This document shows positions 61,887 through 64,000 of a DNA stretch of 64,000 nucleotides, piece after piece. A program made the position numbers and the translations under genes. Location: contig NC_068987.1 in the NCBI RefSeq assembly GCF_001194135.2, positions 36,013,400 through 36,077,399 on the forward strand. Reading direction: 5' to 3'. Every line of letters starts with the position of its first letter. Positions within the stretch are counted from its first letter, which is position 1. Source of the stretch: Octopus bimaculoides. Its lineage: Eukaryota. Below the pieces are notes generated by a model. The model ran no database searches. It was not told the DNA's origin and saw only the letters and a list, made by a program, of their open reading frames with translations.

Positions 61887-63599
61887 GGGGATGAGGAGAG
61901 GAGGGGGTAACTTGGCAGGCATATTGTTCCTTGATTATTGAAGCAAAATCTGACGTAAGGTTCTCCAAATCTAAACTTGCAAACCAGTCGCCAAAATTTC
62001 GTCTCTCTGGTATTTAGGTTTTTTTATTAAATAAAACAGAACAACAGAGCAAAAGACCACTTTCATGGATAAAAAAAAATGAAGCTGTAACTTCATATGT
62101 AATTGAGATTTTCTTGCTGCAAACCAATTCTTGGCTATTGATTCCACACGTTGTGGGTCAAGCACACCTGCTTAAATCAAATTGAATGAAACCAAGGCAA
62201 AGAATTCTACAGTAGGATAGTGTTTTATGCAGAGCACTGTTTTGTACATCTTTCGTTCGTTTCTATGGAAAACATTGACATTTAATTTTTGTAAAGAACA
62301 TCCAAAATAAAATAAAAAACTATATTTATAAACAAGCTTTGGTGGAAAGCTTCATTGTTTTATTTTATAAATGTTGATATATCCATGCTTTCCTTCCGTT
62401 ATCTGTTTTTGTTTTGTTTTGTTTTTATTTTTGTTTTGTTTTGTTTTGTTTCTTTGTTCACAGTTAACACAATATCATTTCATTTGTTGGCACCAGTCCA
62501 AAAATTTCTCTCCATATGGCCTCATCCCTTTAGAAAACTCAGTTTGTTACTTGACTAAGGTCCTAGACAAAACCCCATCAAATCACACCCGGGCAACATA
62601 GAGGAAGAAAGCGGCGCCAAGGAAATGCGTGTAGGTTATAGTTCAACAACTTGATCATGTCTGATTTGGCGCTTAAACGTAACCGCAACTGCAATGAGAT
62701 CGATCATATGTGGTATGAATTATGTAAGAATATTTTTTAAAATATATCCAACAAACTTTTGTAGTTATCTTGAGGGAAATACATTCAGAAATAATTGTAT
62801 TTCTTCACCAATTCCTCAGAAAATGGTTTTGTATGAATAATTCTCTGTATGCACAGTTGTACCAATTCCATTGTTTAGCCATCATGTTGGAATCAACGTG
62901 TAGCTGTATATTTGTTATTTCTCCAACAATTTCATTTTTTTTTTTTTGCTGCTTCATTTGATTACAACAGATATCTCTATGGATTTTGGTTTTCATTTTA
63001 GGACAGTAGTTGCTATTTCGAAATTGTTTCGTTTCCAGTACACAAACATTCATATTTCCAATTACACGCTCTGTTATCAACTCCCACTGCCACACACAAA
63101 TGTTAGAGGAAATTTTTGCTACCATGTCAGAAATAACAATTAAGAGAGAGAGAGAGCGGGTGGAATACATAATATTGAAGCAGTACTCCTCATATTTTAT
63201 ACAAGGTTAACATAAACAGAGCAAATGTAACAAACGGTAGAGAAAGGAAACTTAATAAGCAAACAAACAGGAGCTAATTACAGAGCTTACGCCCCGCAGG
63301 AAACATAATGCAGCACTGCGATAGACAAAAACTAAAATAAATCAACCACAAAATCAATAAATATAAAACCATGTCTTCCACTTTAGAGGAAAGACGTGAG
63401 ATTTAAGGGGAGGAAGTTAAATGAAAACAGAATTTATTATTTGATTGATACATTATTTTATTGACTGTGAAAGGGTAAAAAGCAGCGTTAACCTCGGTGC
63501 TCAGAATAGTCCTTGTAATATATAGAACCGGAATAAAGATTATGTGGCTTGTTATCTGACTAACCAAACTTTTTTCCAATTTATTGCCTTTCCGAAAGA

Positions 63600-63746
63600 C
63601 ACCAAAACACACTTGCTTATTTTATTGACCCTGAAATGAGGAAAGGCAAAGTCGACCTCCGTGCAAATTTAGACTCAGATCATAAAAGCTAGAAATCTTG
63701 TTAAGCATTTTGTGCCACGTACTAACAATCCAACCAGCTCGCCTCC
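63600..63746 (-). mobile_element. SINE family A, diverged
   Basis: gaaaggcaaagtcgacctcc...ttaagcatttt...ccagctcgcc. Confidence 0.75.
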
Positions 63747-63888
63747 TTAATAAACTGTTCTACTGTAGGCACAAGCCCGAAAATTAGCGGCATTATTTCA
63801 TCAACCACGAAAGGAACAATGACGACTTTGTTAATACCCAATGCAATTTAAGTGGATCAGCGAGAGTAAAGGCCAAATTATTATTTAT

Positions 63889-63949
<61 letters not shown>

Positions 63950-64000
63950 TAAAGTTTTCCAGTGACACGAATGACGAATGTGAGTTGAAAGTCTTTGATT

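Overview
AT-rich animal genomic DNA with nine N-gaps, almost entirely repeats; no complete protein-coding gene can be supported. The SINE families resemble those I associate with octopus/cephalopod assemblies (recollection, not a search result). Contents: many microsatellites; tRNA-derived SINEs of two families, including a dimer with a 15-bp target-site duplication (TSD); decayed Tc1/mariner transposons, one with DD37D spacing; R4/Dong-like REL LINEs; RTE and CR1-like LINE fragments; two Penelope-like elements (PLEs; RT plus GIY-YIG); and a few weak isolated exon candidates. The most notable signal is five type I hammerhead ribozyme (HHR) motifs from four unrelated sequence contexts. One intact canonical HHR sits at the apex of a 131-nt rod-folding mini-element with 14-bp terminal inverted repeats (41822-41952, minus). 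Two lie in the 132-bp inverted pseudo-LTRs of a PLE with an inverted 5' end. One is a relic downstream of a tRNA-like Pol III head, and one is a stand-alone relic. Most ORFs in the supplied track are microsatellite or N-gap artefacts.
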